Positions 1-13,772 of a stretch of DNA of 64,000 nt are shown here, in pieces (the first letter of the stretch is position 1; each line of letters begins with the position of its first letter). Under the pieces are notes generated by a model. That model was not told the origin of the DNA. It saw only the letters and a list, made by a program, of their open reading frames with translations, and ran no database searches. The position numbers were made by a program, and so were the translations under genes. The stretch lies in the NCBI GenBank assembly GCA_047967505.1, contig CM106538.1; one strand, written 5' to 3'. The stretch is from Dipteris shenzhenensis. Its lineage: Eukaryota.

Positions 1-1763
1 TACAAAAGGTGTGCTTAGAGTGCCACAATCTAGCAGATAGGGAGTGGCCAAGATGTTGACCCTTGGCACCTCAGAACTGTCGCCCACCTCCTCTTGGGCC
101 TTGGTACCTAATTCAAGAGACAGAATAGGAGAAGGAAGGTCATGTACTCTATGAGTGTAAGAATAGAATCCATGTTGCTGCTGAGAAGAATGAGAAGACC
201 GAGGAATGAATAATAGCTGGAGCCTGGAAATGGTTAACCATAGTTGAAAACAAAGCCATCATCCAAGAAAGGAGGTGATAATCTAAGATAGTTCAAGAAG
301 AACCGATAAGCCCATACAAGAAGAACTTATAAAATAGCCTAGAAAATGTATAGAGCAATGAAGATCCAAGAATCCTAAGGAAAGCAAGGAACACGGTCGA
401 AACAAATATTGAAGGAGGTTCACAATGAACCAATGGATCACATCAAAGACTAAGAATGATGAAAAGAATTAATGGTTATGCCCATTATTCTAACAAGAAC
501 ACAAAGAATTCCAAGGCTTTGTAAATCAAAAATCATAACCTAAGACACATCCTAGCTTGTATTGGTGTCGATTGAAGAATGAGAGAGACAGTGTGATTTC
601 CACTCATTTTTGCAAAATCAACACCCAGGTATCAATTTTCCAAAACATGATCACAACACTTCTGCAAATGAGTCATATGAATTTTGTAGCTTACACCTAT
701 ATGGATTACACTGATGTGTCCATTTGGTTGTATGTATTATTTTTTTCCTAGCAAAATGCAAAAGACATAAGTTCAAGTGTTACTTGGGGTAAAATAATGT
801 TCCTGAGGCCATTTAGACTCATGTCCTTGAGTAAAAAATAAAAAATCATCTCCTCTCCTTTTTTCACAAGAAAATGAACTTTTAAGTAATCCAAAATGAA
901 TTAAAATAGAGAGAAAATCTTCTCAGAACCCACAAATATTTGTGATGATAAACTATGAAATTGAGATAAAATCTTCTCAAAACCCTCAAATATTTGTGAT
1001 GGTAAACTACTAAACCTGATGATACAACATTGTGTTGTGTGGATAGGGCATCGTGGCACTACATGTGATTGCAGTGTTGCGAGTCCAACAATCAAGGAAG
1101 CAACCAGTTGCAGATGTTACAAGTAGTTCTCATTCGGTTTCAAGCATAGGCCATGGATGTTGTTGGTGACAGCATCGAACAAGGGCTTCCCCTTAGACAC
1201 AAGTGGTGAAAAAATAAGGCAAGCATGAGAAAAATATTTTTGAAAGCCCACAAGGCACAGATTCTTTTTTGGGTACTTTCACAGTGCACATTCACCACCA
1301 TTGCTCCACATTGAGTTCTTGCTCATTTTGCCATTGCCCTGGAGTATGCCCACCACCACTGCTCCACATCAACTTCACAATTTTTTAGCATGAGGGCACC
1401 TTCCCGAACTATTCATCTAAGGAATAAGTACTCTTCTTCCCTTTGGAATTTGATTCACCTTCTTAATGCAAAATTTGACTCACAAAGTGTGCACCTTGCC
1501 ACTCTAATTTAATCAAAAGCCACATTCATCAAGTCTTTGCTGGAGACACCTTATCTCAAAGTTGCAAAAAGACATGTGCCAAGGATTTATCAAAGTTGAA
1601 GTTGTTATTCTCCTGATGTAATCCAGCACAATATTTTTTTTGCCAAAAAACAGTGCTGATTATATTACTTCGAAAAAACAAGATACATGGGGTCAGTTTT
1701 GCAGCTGACAGGGCTGCGTTCACAAATCGGACGCAGCCCTAAGAGGAAACAAAAAGCTCTCTC

Positions 1764-4700
1764 TCACGGAGGGATCAGGCGGGTGTGAATAAACAGCCAA
1801 AGAGGCGGCGAGTAGCGCCATTGAAGGCCCTGAGAAGTATGCTCGAAGAAGAGGCCCTGCGTATCCCAATCTCGGAGGAAACGTCTCCGCTTCTCCTGGC
1901 CAGCCCGGGAATCCCCTTGGATCCGGTCCCACTAGCCTCTGAGCGTGTGGATAATCTCGCTCCAGATGTCGGCCATGACCTGGGCAGTCAAAAGAGAGGT
2001 ACCTCTGAGGATCTGCGCGCAGCGCGAGGTCCAAATGTGCCATCCGACGATGCTGCTAATGATCTCCCAGACTGGCTGCCTCACCTGAGATCCTGTGTCC
2101 GCCTCTGCCAAGTGCTGCACGATGCCCTCAAGCGGCCCCCAAGTCCCCTGCGTGATAAGTAACATAGGGTCCTGCGGGCCTGCCTCGAACAACTGGTGAT
2201 AGCCAGGTGTGGTGCTGCACCAGCAGAACGCGCCCCAAGTGATCAGACCTAACTCCGGTGCTGCGCGAGTAAGGATCCCGAAGGCCCACCTCCACACGTC
2301 CTGGGCGCGAGTGCAGCTCCACAGGCAGTGCTTTGGTGACTCCTCGTCCTCATGACAAATCTGACAGAGTCCATCCTGACCAATCTGCCGCAACCAGCTC
2401 CCCACTGGGCGAGTAGCCAAAGGAAGTAGGAAATCTTCCGCGGCCGCCAGCTCTCCCACAAGGCCTTCCAGAGGGCCTGCAAGAATAGCCTGGAAATACC
2501 CTGAGAATACCAACTGGGCCGCTGGGTGGGCGGTCTGCTCTGCATCCTCCCGAGAACGCTCCTGCCCAGTTTTGTGCTGTAAGCGAAGAAAGGGGTCGAC
2601 CCTTGGTCTGCCACAACCTCTGGCCATCTCCACTCTCCTGGGTCCCAATCAAGCTCTGACAGGGCCCGCCCCTCCCAAAGCCAGAGGCGCCATGACTGCA
2701 GCTGATCCTGCTCTATACTAGGATCGATCCGCCAAACCTTCCCCACAACGCCTATGACACGGACCCTCTGCCACGAGAGAAGGGGGTCGATGAGCGCACC
2801 CTCTCTCCTGAGTCGGCCGTCCCCCAAAACGGCGAAGAAGGAGACAGAGGTGTCGTCCAGCCAGCCTGCAACAACCAGTGGGATGCCACGAGGGATGAAC
2901 TGTCCAAGCCAACGGGCATCACCAGGCATGAGGATCTGAATCTCGGGTGGAACCAACCAACCGGCAGGAATCGCCCCATCTATCTCTATACGCCTCGCCT
3001 GAGCTCCACGGACACCTCCGGCTGCGGCTGCTAGAACAACGGTCTCCAAGTGTCTGTAAGTGTCCCTCCAAACTCGAAGGGACCGGGCAGGCCCCCGCAT
3101 CCAGCCGTCCCACGAGATATGCGACCTCTCCCCCAGCTGAAGGCCCAAGGCATCTCTGACCAGATCGTTCCAGATGAGCGGCTGGTGGTCGATCTCCTCC
3201 TGACTGCTAGGAGGCGACTGTAGGAGACTGAGACGGAGTCACCTCCAAACCGTGAGAAGGCTACGAATGAGCGGGGAGCGGGGGCGAGTAAGCGGTGCAG
3301 AGGTGAAGATCCACCGGAGGGACGGTAGCCACTCTCCGCCTTGGCGCGGGACGCAAGAACTGATCCCCTGCTGAAGTAACATCTTCCACGTTTGCCCCCC
3401 CGGGGTCAAACCGCGGATAACTAACTTGCCCAGCAGGGCCTAACTCTGAAGCTCCAGATCAATGACCCCCAAGCCACCCTTAGACTGCGGAAGAATGACT
3501 GTCTGCCAGGCTACCCTGGCTCTGGTATCTCTGAGACCATACCCCGCAGACCACAGGAAATTCCGGACCATCCTCCTGAGCTGTGCCACGCAGGATCGCG
3601 AGAAGCACCAACAAGAGGCCACATACCAGGCCGTGGCCAGGAGAACCTGGTTGACTACAAGAGCACGACCTGCAAGAGAGAGCTTAGCAGTGCTCCAAAA
3701 AGCCAGCTTCCGTCGTATGGAATCCAGCACCAGGAGAAACTGCTGAGCTGGCGTGATGTCCAGGCCGACCTGAAAGCCAAGATATCTAGTAGTCTGCCCC
3801 CGCGGGATCCATCGGAAACCCAAAAACCTCCCCCACTGTGAGCAAGCCCCAGGGTTTATGAGAAAACCAACTGATTTGTTCCAGTTTATTTTCGCACCGG
3901 CTGCCAAACAAAAGACCTCTAAGGCCAACCTCACCCTCTCCAGCATCATCTCATCATCCTGAACATACATCGCTGTGTCATCTGCATACTCCGAGTCCAG
4001 GAGCTCCGTGTCCTCCCTGATGGGAAGGCGAACACCCCGGATCCCTGTCGATCTCGCTCGAAGATAGTATGTCATCGCCTCGGTGAAGAAGAGAAATAGG
4101 TAAGGAGCGAGTGAGCAACCCTGACGCACTGATCTCTCCAATCAAAATCGCTCTCCCATCCTGCCGCCGATGATGACCCTGCTGGAAGCTGTCCTGTATA
4201 ACGCTAAGATACCCTGAATCCATCCCACTGGGAATCCAAGTCTCTCCAAAGTACCCTCCAGGAAGGACCAGTCCACTCGATCGTAGGCCTTCTCAAAGTC
4301 GAGAAGTAGGATGGCTAAGTGCGACCCGCTGTGCTGAGCCCACTCCGTCGCCTCTGAGAAGGTGAAGACATTATCCAGGATACTGCGATCCTGAACAAAG
4401 CCTGTCTGAGTGTCATGAATGAGGTCAGGAAGTAGTGGCCGAACTCTGGTGCTGATCATCTTGGCAAGGATTTTATAGGCAGTGGTGAGGAGAGTGATCG
4501 GGCGCCACTGACGGATCTCCTGTCGATCTCCCCCCTTCGGGATGAGGCAGATCAATCCCGAGGATACGCTCTCTGGCATATGTCCGCTGCTGAAAATCCT
4601 CTGGAGGGCTGCTAGGAGGGGCTGATGGATCTGATCCCAGAAAGAGGTGAAGAAAGCTCTAGAAAGCCCATCCTCACCAGGGCATTTCTGCCCATCGATG

Positions 4701-6142
4701 GCCATCAAGGCCTCCTGCATCTCGACAGTGGTGAACGGTGCCATCAGCGTCGTCTGCATGCTGGGCTGAACAAGGGCCGGGATGTGCCTCCACACCTCCT
4801 CGCGGGAGCGTCTAGTGCGGGGGGCAAGCTGCTCCTGCTGGAAAAGAGTCCTGTAGAAGTCGGTAGCCAACCCCAAGACCTCCTCCTGGTCGGTAATGAT
4901 GTGACCCTCTGCTGTCCTAAGACTCCGGAGCTGGTCACCTGCTGCCCTCTGGCCATGCGTCCTGAAGAACTCTTTACTCACCCGGTCGCCCTTCCGAGCC
5001 CAGTAAGAGAGGAAGGCATGATAAGAAAACTCTGAGCGACGCTGGAGAGTCTCCTCAAGAAGGGCTCTGGCACGAAGGGCCTGGATCCGAAGCTCCTCCG
5101 AACCCGGAGCTGCCTGTTGGAGCCGCTGAATGGAGGCGAGGTCCCTACGAAGAGCTCTCTCTCTGCCCCACCACTCCTGGCGAACCTAAAGGGCTGCGAG
5201 CTGGCAAATCTGGCTGGACTCCTGCAGAGCCTGCGCCACCGACTCTACCAGATCCACGCACTCGCCCCAATCTTTGTCCCAAAGGCTACCGATACTACTG
5301 CGCACCTCCTCCCTAGAGAAGATGGAATCAGGAATCCTGCACGAATGGGGAGGAAGGGACTGAGCTGCCGAGTCTAGTGACAAGTGCACTGGCGCGTGGT
5401 CGGAGAGCGTCGTCCCTGGCACTACACCCACCTGACCACCTCTGCTGATGGCCCAACCACTGACATAAAATCTGTCCAATCTCTCCAGGAGTCTGCCCCC
5501 TTCTCTGCGGAAACCCCACGAGAAGTCCAAGCTCCTGTGCCATCGGCGGAAGGACAGGTCTCTCCAGCTATCCCTACCTCCTGTCGCGAAGAGAAAGGAG
5601 TCCCAAGCAGACTGCTCTGCCTGAGCTATTCCTGTAAACTCTGGTCCTCTCCCCTGCTGGTCCTCCAAAGTCTCCAGATTGTTGAAGTCACCTCCAACAA
5701 TCCACGAATCCATGTCTGGGAGAATCTCTGTGAGTGTCCTCCAGAAGGTGGCTCTGCGTCGGAGGTCTGTGGGTGCATAGATGTTGAGGATTCCTATTTT
5801 GGAACCCTCCAACTCTAGGCCAACCCAAAGTGCACGGCCTGGGATCAATGTACCATGGCCAAAAACTCCCTGGGCAATCGACTCGCAAACGGAAGTGCAG
5901 ACACCGCCACTCCTCCCTTGTGCACCGATCGAGGGCTCCCAATAAGTGTAAGAGCGTCCAGGGAGGATCTTCCCACAGCTACGGGTATGAGCCACTAAAA
6001 GCTTATGCTCCTAGAGCAGGAGTATATCCAAGCGACCAATCACTGCTGGTTGAAGTTCCTGTCTCAAGATGAGCTTCCTAGGACCACGGGTGCCAGAAGA
6101 ATGAAACCCGTTCACGTTCCAAGAGACAAGGTGTAAGCTCAT
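1764..6142 (-). pseudogene. L1 ORF2 (AP endonuclease, reverse transcriptase, zf-RVT), with premature stops and a frameshift
   Basis: MSLHLVSWNVNG, GGDFN, RLDRFY, SDH (APE); WRPITLL, LDFEKAYDRV, RQGCSLAP, YADD (RT); CQICHEDEESPKHCLWSC. Stops at 5186, 4142, 3440 and 1932. Confidence 0.93.
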
Positions 6143-8180
6143 GATGAGGACTGGTAGGCTGCGAACAACTGTCTGCTCGCGGCCGAGGTCGATGAAGAGG
6201 CTGGTAGTTCGGAATGAAGGCGCTGACGCTTCTGTGAGGGTTTGGAAGGGGAGGCGGGGTCATCCTGCCCGTTCTTCAAAACTTTTAGCAAAGGCGTGAG
6301 GCCTTTCGTGCCATGGACAAACGCTTTCTCGAGCCAACTCGAGATCTCTGAGGTAGTCATCCCGTAGAAGGCGCGAAGTTTCTGTGGTGTCCAGGCTCTG
6401 ACATCCTGGGGAAGGGGCCACAACAGAGGGGGCTTGAGGATCACAATCAATCTGAAATGCTGGGCGGCGCATCGCCACCGCAGGCGCACATCCCAGGCGC
6501 ACATCACCCTCTAACCACTGGGTCTCGAGAAGCTGTCCACCCGTCGGGCCTATCCAGGAGCAAATCTGAGCGTGCGTCTGCTCTCTAAGAGCCTCCCAAA
6601 CCGAGTCGTCTATCCAAATCTCGGTACCGTCGCTGAGAAAAGTGAAAGCAAAGCTGGGGCCATCCCTCGGGGCCAAGGCTGCGATCTTCCCATCCGCCCC
6701 TTTACGGAGCAGGAAGATACTGATGTCGAGGCAAGCTGGGAAGGTCCCGAGGTCGGCCACATCCAAGTAATCCCAGGGACCGGACCTGAAGAAGTCTCGA
6801 GGGAGCTCTCTCTCCTGGAGCTGAGGCCCGCCAGAATCTGCAACTGAGGCTGCTCCAGGGGTGGTGCAGTCTCGGGGTGCCCTGCCTAGGGTGAGGAAGG
6901 GGAAGGAGGCTGTGGGGTAGGAGACACAGACTCCACGGAAGCGACTAGCGGGGGGGCCGGAGGTGGGGGAGTGGGGGCTGCACGCGGCTGAGAAACCACC
7001 GGTGAAGCTAACACTGCGGAAGAGCTGAGAGGGGCGGGGGAGGAGGGATGGGACTGGGGCTGGGACTGAGGCTGAAGAGGAAGAGGCAGGGGCTGAAGAG
7101 GAAGAGGCGGGGGTTGATGCTGAGGGTCGGAAGAAGGGGACTGTGGCTGGGGTAGGGGCTGGGGCTGGGTGGGGGAGAGCTGGGGATCAGGAGAGAGGGG
7201 GACCTGAGGCTGTGGAGGGCGGGTTACAGACGAAGAAGAAGCTCTCCCTAGACCCTGGGGCGGCTGCCTGCCAGGTCGCTGAGGCACTGCTGCAGGCTGG
7301 GTAACCTCTGCCTCCTTGCCTTTATTAGACGTCTTCTTATTCTTTCCTCTTTTTCTTCTGACCTCGGTCCAGCTGCCAGCCACCTCTGGACCGGAGTCCG
7401 GCTGCCTCTGCTCTGCCTGACGTGGCTGCCTGGAGGGAGGGGGAGGGGGCTGCGGGGGGGGGGGGGGGGCGGGGGGGGCCGAGAGGGACTGGAGAAGCGC
7501 GGACAAGCAGCAACCAGGTGCCCAAAGCCATGACACCTCAGACACTGGCCTGGCTGTCGTGTGACTACCATGCTCTGAGTAATGCTGCCAGCATCTGTCA
7601 CAATCTCAATCACTGCAAGGAGGGACGCAGGATCTGCCACAGCCACACGGACTCTGGGAGCTCCTGCCACAGCAACCGCGTCGACAAAAGTGTCATGCAT
7701 CACCCAGCCAAAGTGGGAACCCAAGTCCCTGACTATCGGCCGCAACTCAGCAGCAAGGCCTGGAAATACTAGCGTCACTGGGTGGCGAGGTATGCGGAAA
7801 CGAGCATCAAAATCCGCTGCGCTGAATCCTCGATACCAAGGGACTATCATGATGATCTTTCCATCCACAGACGTGGGGGAACCAGCAATCAGGTTGCTTG
7901 CAGCTTTCGCAGTGGAGAGTTTAAGCCAGAAGATGCCCCTTCCCATAGGGGCCACCTCCTCGATGTGGCTATCCTCTAGCATAAGAGTGGATTGAAGCCA
8001 ATCCTTGATGGCTGGTCTAGAGGGAGAGTGTCCAATGACTCTGCCATAGACTGAAGTGCGAGCAAAGTCATTGGCAACCTGTTGTACCCGGGACGACTGT
8101 TGCTCTGTCAAGATCACGCGGTAGGCTTCTGGAGAGGGGGGGGCCGGATGGGCCTCCGGTTCCGGGCAGGGAGCTGCCAT
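6139..8180 (-). pseudogene. L1 ORF1 (DUF4283/RRM-like, CCHC knuckle, Pro-rich linker, C-terminal extension), frameshifted
   Basis: ATG at 8180 (MAAPCPEP), YGRVIGHSPSR...PMGRGIFWLK, CLRCHGFGHLVAAC. The frame breaks at the G-run near 7430-7480, and there is a stop at 6886. Confidence 0.8.
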
Positions 8181-9161
8181 ACCGCCAAGACAGACTGCGA
8201 GACCTCCGATGAGGAAGAGGCTGCCACCAAAAAGGGAGGGGGCTAGACGAGGGATGGAGCCTGGGTGTGGAAGAGGAAACGGCGAGGCGAGGCGACGGCG
8301 AAACGGTGGCGAGGCGGGGCTGCGGGGGGTAGTGGCGAGGTGAGGCGGGGCGGAGGAGGAGGTGAGGCGAGGCGAGGCGAGGCGGGACGAGGCGCGCAGG
8401 CTGTGGCGAGGCTGTGGCGAGCGAGGTGAGATGGAAGAGGAGAAGGCGGTGTGAAGCGAGGTGAGGCGGAAGAAGAGGGGGCGATGGCGAGGCGAGGCGG
8501 CGGGTATAGGGCGGAGGCGAAGGCGAGGGCGAGGGCGAAGGCGAAGGCGAGGGCGCAGTGCGAAGGCGAGAGCGGAGGCGAGGGCATGGCGAGGTGAAGG
8601 GCGAGGCAACGGCGAGGCTGGGCGGAAGCGAAGGCGGTGGCGAGGCGATGTGATGGGCGAGGGGCGCGAGGCGAGGCGGAAAGGAAGGTAGGGAGGTAGA
8701 GGCTATGGCGAGGGGAGAAGGGCTCGCAGGAGCAGCGCAATGGAGTACCGTAATCCAGCACAATATGGTTATATGACATTTTCAATCACACCGGGTTTAT
8801 TACACAAACAGAGATTCTTCGATATCTAAGAAGTTCAGGCCTAATTGTATCAAAAACATAAACCCCTGATGATCAAATAGATACTATTTTAAATAATAAG
8901 ACATGTATCATTAAAGGCAAGGCTTTATGAGCATTGCAATATAATTGCCATACTAGAGGACCTATACAAGCAGATACGTTATACTTTAGCATAGAACCTG
9001 ATTCAAGAGTTAAGATTGGTAACACCAACAAATGTCATTGAACAATGGTTCCTTCTAAAAGCACAAATAAGTGCACAGGGTATCATACATTAACATGACA
9101 TCAGAACTGCTTCAAGATTCAAGATGAGAAACCTGACAGAATGCCACGAGTAAATACTTAC

Positions 9162-9230
9162 TTCTAAGGCCACATGCATATCTAGAACTGCTCTTAAAAT
9201 ATGGCGCACCCTGTTGGCTAAGTGAATGCC
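9162..9230 (-). CDS. WASHC4: WASHC4 exon (last one found; gene continues beyond the left edge)
   Basis: cag|GGC...GAA|gtaagt, 69 nt, phase 0. GIHLANRVRHILRAVLDMHVALE. Confidence 0.82.
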
Positions 9231-9313
9231 CTGTTCACCATCCCAGAAAGCCCATCAAAACTTCACATAAAGGACCTCGGGATGTAGCAATGTGACAAAA
9301 GAGGAGTTTCTAC

Positions 9314-9370
9314 CTGTGTTAGTTGCCTTGCTCGAGTTCGTAACATTGCATGAACAGATAATTGCTGCAC
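9314..9370 (-). CDS. WASHC4: WASHC4 exon
   Basis: ctgcag|GTG...CAG|gtag, 57 nt, phase 0. VQQLSVHAMLRTRARQLTQ. Confidence 0.78.
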
Positions 9371-10902
9371 CTGCAGGATTAGAAAGACAGAAGCAGATTC
9401 CTCATCACAGAATTGTTGCTTTAAGAACTAGATAATACAAAAGCTAGCTCTCTCATAAACATCTTTTAAACATATATCATGGGTTGGTAAACAACTCCAT
9501 TCCTTCCCTACTCTGAAATAAAGACTTCAGAGTTTCCTCCATTCAATGCCATGAAGAACTTGGGTCTGGCTATTTGTGCTCATACAAAAAAGGCTGGTAT
9601 CTTTGAAGATGTTTATACTTCTATCCCTCTGATCCTTATTTTGGTTCTCCAAAGTCTGCACTGTCAATGATCCACGCTCTACTCTGCTGAGTTTGGACCA
9701 CCCTGTCAACTGGTCCCTCAATCTCGTTAAACCGCACTCCTATGTCCTCAGATTAGACCACACTAACCACCAAGGCTACCTGACCTCCTGCCCTGGGTGT
9801 ATCTGGGTATACTCCTTCTGAAGACTTCCTATTTGTTACAAATAATCCCTCTTGATGTGCCCTTGCTGTGTCCATTTCTATTATGGTCTCTTCATCCACA
9901 TGTCCACCGTTATGGTCCTTCCTTGTTCTACTATGGGCTATAGGGTCCTTTGCCCTCTTGCTCTCCTTGGCATCGAATCTGTGCTCTCTTTTTAAGGTTC
10001 TCAAGTCAAGGAAGACACTTAATAGCTTTTTGACAAGCCAAGGTTTAGACCACATGCATACCACTACATCCCAACCCTAAAAAACGTGTATGAGCTCGTC
10101 CAGCTCATGGCCGTCCTCATGTTAGAGCTAAAGAGCCACCTGTGTGATGCAAGTGTATGTGCTAAAACCCAAACTAGAAGTGTTTTTTGCCAGCACATGC
10201 AATTGTCATATTGGTTGATGACCATATTAAAAGGCGCATGGTCACCAGAATGCATTCTCATTGTCATTCTTTGTGACAATAAAGGAATGACTGTCAAACT
10301 CACTTTGGGGGTGGGATTTAGCATCCTGCATCAAAAAGTGGTCTTCTCTGATATGGACTAGTTAAAGAAGTAGCTGGGACTACCTCAGGCTGCACCTCCA
10401 CCTTCCTGCTCTTCCTTCATTGGGTTGGCTGAACATTTAACTCCACTGTGTCCCAACTCCTCAGTGGCTCTTGTAGCTAGTTGTGGCTCTTCATGGTACT
10501 ACAAGTATGCTCTATTTTCTTTGGCAATCCTCATGGAAGTGTGATTCCCTTCAAAGGCAAACCAATGGGCTATGTGTCTTCACTTAGTCATAATAGCAAT
10601 CCTCTTGCCCTCCTCGCTTGTTCTCTAGCTCTTCTCTGGTCAACCAATCCAACTCAAGTCCACCTGGCTTCATCCAGGAGTATCATTCAATTCAGTCACT
10701 TTCTCCCTTCTTTTGCATATTCATTTTCTCCCCAATGCCATCCAAGTTTCCAAAAACAGTCATTCTGTCATGTTCTCCTCCCGATCTCCATTCAAGAAAA
10801 GCAAATAAGTGAGTCTGTCTGCCCTTAGATTAAGAAGCCCTCTATGATGGACTCAAAGTCGACACATTACTACGCTCAAGTCTATGGATTAAAGTCACAA
10901 AC

Positions 10903-10972
10903 CTCAACAGGAGTGGTCGAATCAAAAGCAACCACCCAATTTGCCACCGCACTTTGCAACAACGGAATGTCT
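10903..10972 (-). CDS. WASHC4: WASHC4 exon (after the 19,381-nt intron)
   Basis: Pyrimidine tract, then cag|A GAC...GAG|gt, 70 nt, phase 2 to 0 exactly as the neighbouring exons require. DIPLLQSAVANWVVAFDSTTPVE. Confidence 0.8.
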
Positions 10973-12329
10973 CTGCCATAAGAGGAAAGAGTGTTAGGGT
11001 GAAATCAAGATACTCAAGTGAATGGAATGAACTGAAAATGTGAAGCAAGGACCGTGAAGAACAAAATGCCTAATGTTCATCACTTCAAAGCTTTTACAAA
11101 GTTGGATGCAAAACACAACAGAGTCCTTTCTTTTCAATTTGCAGTAAAATTGAAACCATATAAAGTTCCACAATCAACGAAATGCAAGTCACAAAAAGGA
11201 AATGCCTTGGTCAGACTTGTACAACTGGTAACTGCTATGTTCCTTTTGAACTTAAGATGGAGATTTTTCTCTGGAAAAAAGACAAAAAAGAATATTTCAA
11301 AGTTTGTAAAGTCTCCCCTCTAATCAAAGTTTTCAACTGCTTTTCTACTCTAGTCTCATTTACATGTCAAAATCTGCCAAAGACTGTCTTCATATTAGAA
11401 GATTAAAAATGCCAGTTTTGGAACATGAAAGAGTTTGAGAGAAAACTTTGATTCCAAAAACTGCAAAATGTTAAAATGACCAACTACAAAGTATGTGATG
11501 TGCTTAACTCAAAACTCTAGTCTAGTAAGCACACATAACAAGACATGGCACTACATGCCACACTAGCCTTAAAATTGTGAAATACACATGCAAACCAAAT
11601 GAAAGCCCTCTGAAAGCCTAGCTAGCCATCAATTCAAAGGTATATCTGTACATCATAGAACCATGAGAGAAATGCACTCACATGCATGCCTATCTAGATG
11701 CCCACACAAGTGATCTTATATTTATAATCCTCTCTTTAATGACCAAGTTATCACGGACATCTATGGCCCCTTTGAACTTAGATACCTTTACACATGGGAG
11801 TGTCTTACTGAAAATTGTCAGCATAGTTCACTAGTGCGGCTATAAGTCTCTCTTTTTGGTCTTTGATGAAAGGATGCTCAACATCAGTATGACTCATGTG
11901 GGCATGATACATAGACTCTTTTGCCAATGCTCCCTCTTGCTCAAATAGAGATCTACAACATGCATCAAATCCATATGCCATCACACACAAAGGTTACCAT
12001 ATACTCAGCCTTTATAGCAGTGTAGGTTCTCTTTTTCTCCAAGAGACTATGCTTGAGCCCAAAAAACACAATCACTAGTAAGAGATATATGTGTTTCTGA
12101 AAGAAAACAGGAAGGCTAGTATCCCTCTACAAACACGAGTACAATGTGTCCAAGTTTAGAAGATACTCAAAATACTCCGAGTAGAACCTAATCTCAACAA
12201 AACACCGAGGCTGAGGTCGATGCCATCATGGTAGGGGCACCAATCTGTCTACATCTCTGAAACACATGAATTTGTACATTAGTACTCCTTAGTACCAATA
12301 GATCTGAGATCAGCAACAAGCCAAAAACT

Positions 12330-12860
12330 GGAATAGAATCAGATTTTGGACAACTTGCATGAGGAAATCAGGTTGACATTATTGGGCTACGACTTCCTAT
12401 CTTGAGACCTTGAACACTGAGCTTGCCGATGAACACTTTTGTTTTTTTGAATGCCACTCCACAAACTCTTACTTCTTTAAGGGGAACCTTGAATTTATTT
12501 TGTTCTTCAGCGGTTGCACATATCAATTCAAATCAATCCAATGGCTTCTGGATTAGCGACAAGGACTTGGTGGCATGGCTCACTCTTTCGAGGCCTCAAG
12601 TCTTTTATGAGAGGCATTACTCTTCTTGGGCTCTTTCAGTTTGACGACATGTAGTTGACTCATGCTCCTCAAAATGTTCCCCACTTTTCTTACAGACCTG
12701 CATATGCCTCGGTGGATACTTTTCGAAAGATTCTAGCGAGCATTTCAGCGTGGCATATTTGGAGATCTAGATGCACAGAGGCTATGGATGACTCCCAGGT
12801 CCACCCTTCATAGACATTGGCTAGTACTTGGACAGATATTGTACACACTTTGATGGCCAT
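12330..12860 (+). mobile_element. Degraded L1-type 3' fragment
   Basis: Encodes ...ILASISAWHIWRSRC...WTDIVHTL, matching the WHIWTSRC...IWSEIIHTL C-terminus of the L1 ORF2 above. The left boundary is approximate. Confidence 0.55.
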
Positions 12861-13170
12861 TGGGTGCAAACCTGGTCGGGAAAATGGACAGTGATACCGT
12901 CCCCGGATCTCATAATAGCCTAGGTAGACACATAGAAAATGCTCCTCTGTCTCGACCTCCCCCATCGTGCATAGTCTACAAATCCTGTGCTCTCTGGATA
13001 TGCTTACAGCTCTCCCTGCCACAATCCTCAGATGAAAGGGAGCTTAGTGGAGAGGATAAAGATGAAGCGGGAGCTTCGTGGAGCTTGATGGAGAGTCAGA
13101 TGGAGACGGAACTTCACGGAGAGGGGGATGGAGAGGGAGATGGAGAGGAACGGAGAGGAAGCTTGCTGGA
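12861..13170 (-). mobile_element. Internally deleted RTE-X-like LINE remnant
   Basis: ICRLCTMGEVETEEHFLCVYLGYYEIRGRYHC zinc-finger tail joined to ggagagg-rich sequence resembling the 5' UTR of the neighbouring element. Confidence 0.6.
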
Positions 13171-13772
13171 GAAAGAAAGAAAGAAAGAAAGTTTATTAAA
13201 GTCTTCGGGAGACCGTGAAGGTCTATGAGACTAAAGATAACTGATACAATGAGCATAACGGTGGCGGTCTCAAAACGGGCCAGCCAACCGTTTCTACAAA
13301 AAAGAGGTTATGAAGGACGGTGTGTCTAGTCCTAATACAAAAAATATGTGTCTACCTCCAGATGATACAAAAAAGAAGAAGGGGGGGGCACCAAAAATGG
13401 GGCAGAGGAGGGAGATACAATATATATGTGCAGGTGGTGATCGTCAGAGACCAATCATAGAGGGGCCGTCAAATGGGAGGCCGGAAAAAACCCTGCAATA
13501 GATGATTGGCCTTTGACGTCACGCGACCTAGTCGAGCTCGGTCATCGGGGGCGGCGGGTGGCCCTGTGGATGAGGGCAACTGTAACCCCGGTGGGGCGGG
13601 CAGAGAGCAGAGACAAGATGTCATGGACCCGGATGTGTGAGTTTGTCCGCTGGTGCAGCTGTCGTGGCTCTGGCTCTCGCTCACGTCCGCGTCGTCGGCT
13701 AGACTGAGGAGAGATATCCTGTGACTGGAAGAAATCAGTGATGGGCTGCTGGGTGTCCTCACGCTGTGTGTG

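Larger units (their letters stand above)
1635..8749 (-). mobile_element. Full-length L1-clade LINE (decayed)
   Basis: 17-bp TSD gtaatccagcacaatat at 1618-1634 and 8750-8766. Short poly(A) on the minus strand (T run to 1641). Contains ORF1, an APE-RT ORF2 and a GC-rich ggcga-repeat 5' UTR. Confidence 0.95.

Noticed and set aside
8068-8785. Pro/Arg/Ala-rich ORFs on both strands
   Set aside because: Artefacts of the GC-rich ggcga-repeat 5' UTR of the L1 element.
9500-10830. Short ORFs of 60-115 aa in the small intron
   Set aside because: No recognisable motifs; probably old repeat debris that I cannot classify.
12195-12257. Candidate WASHC4 exon (cag|A GAT GTA GAC...)
   Set aside because: It hits an in-frame TGA; 10903-10972 fits phase and sequence instead.
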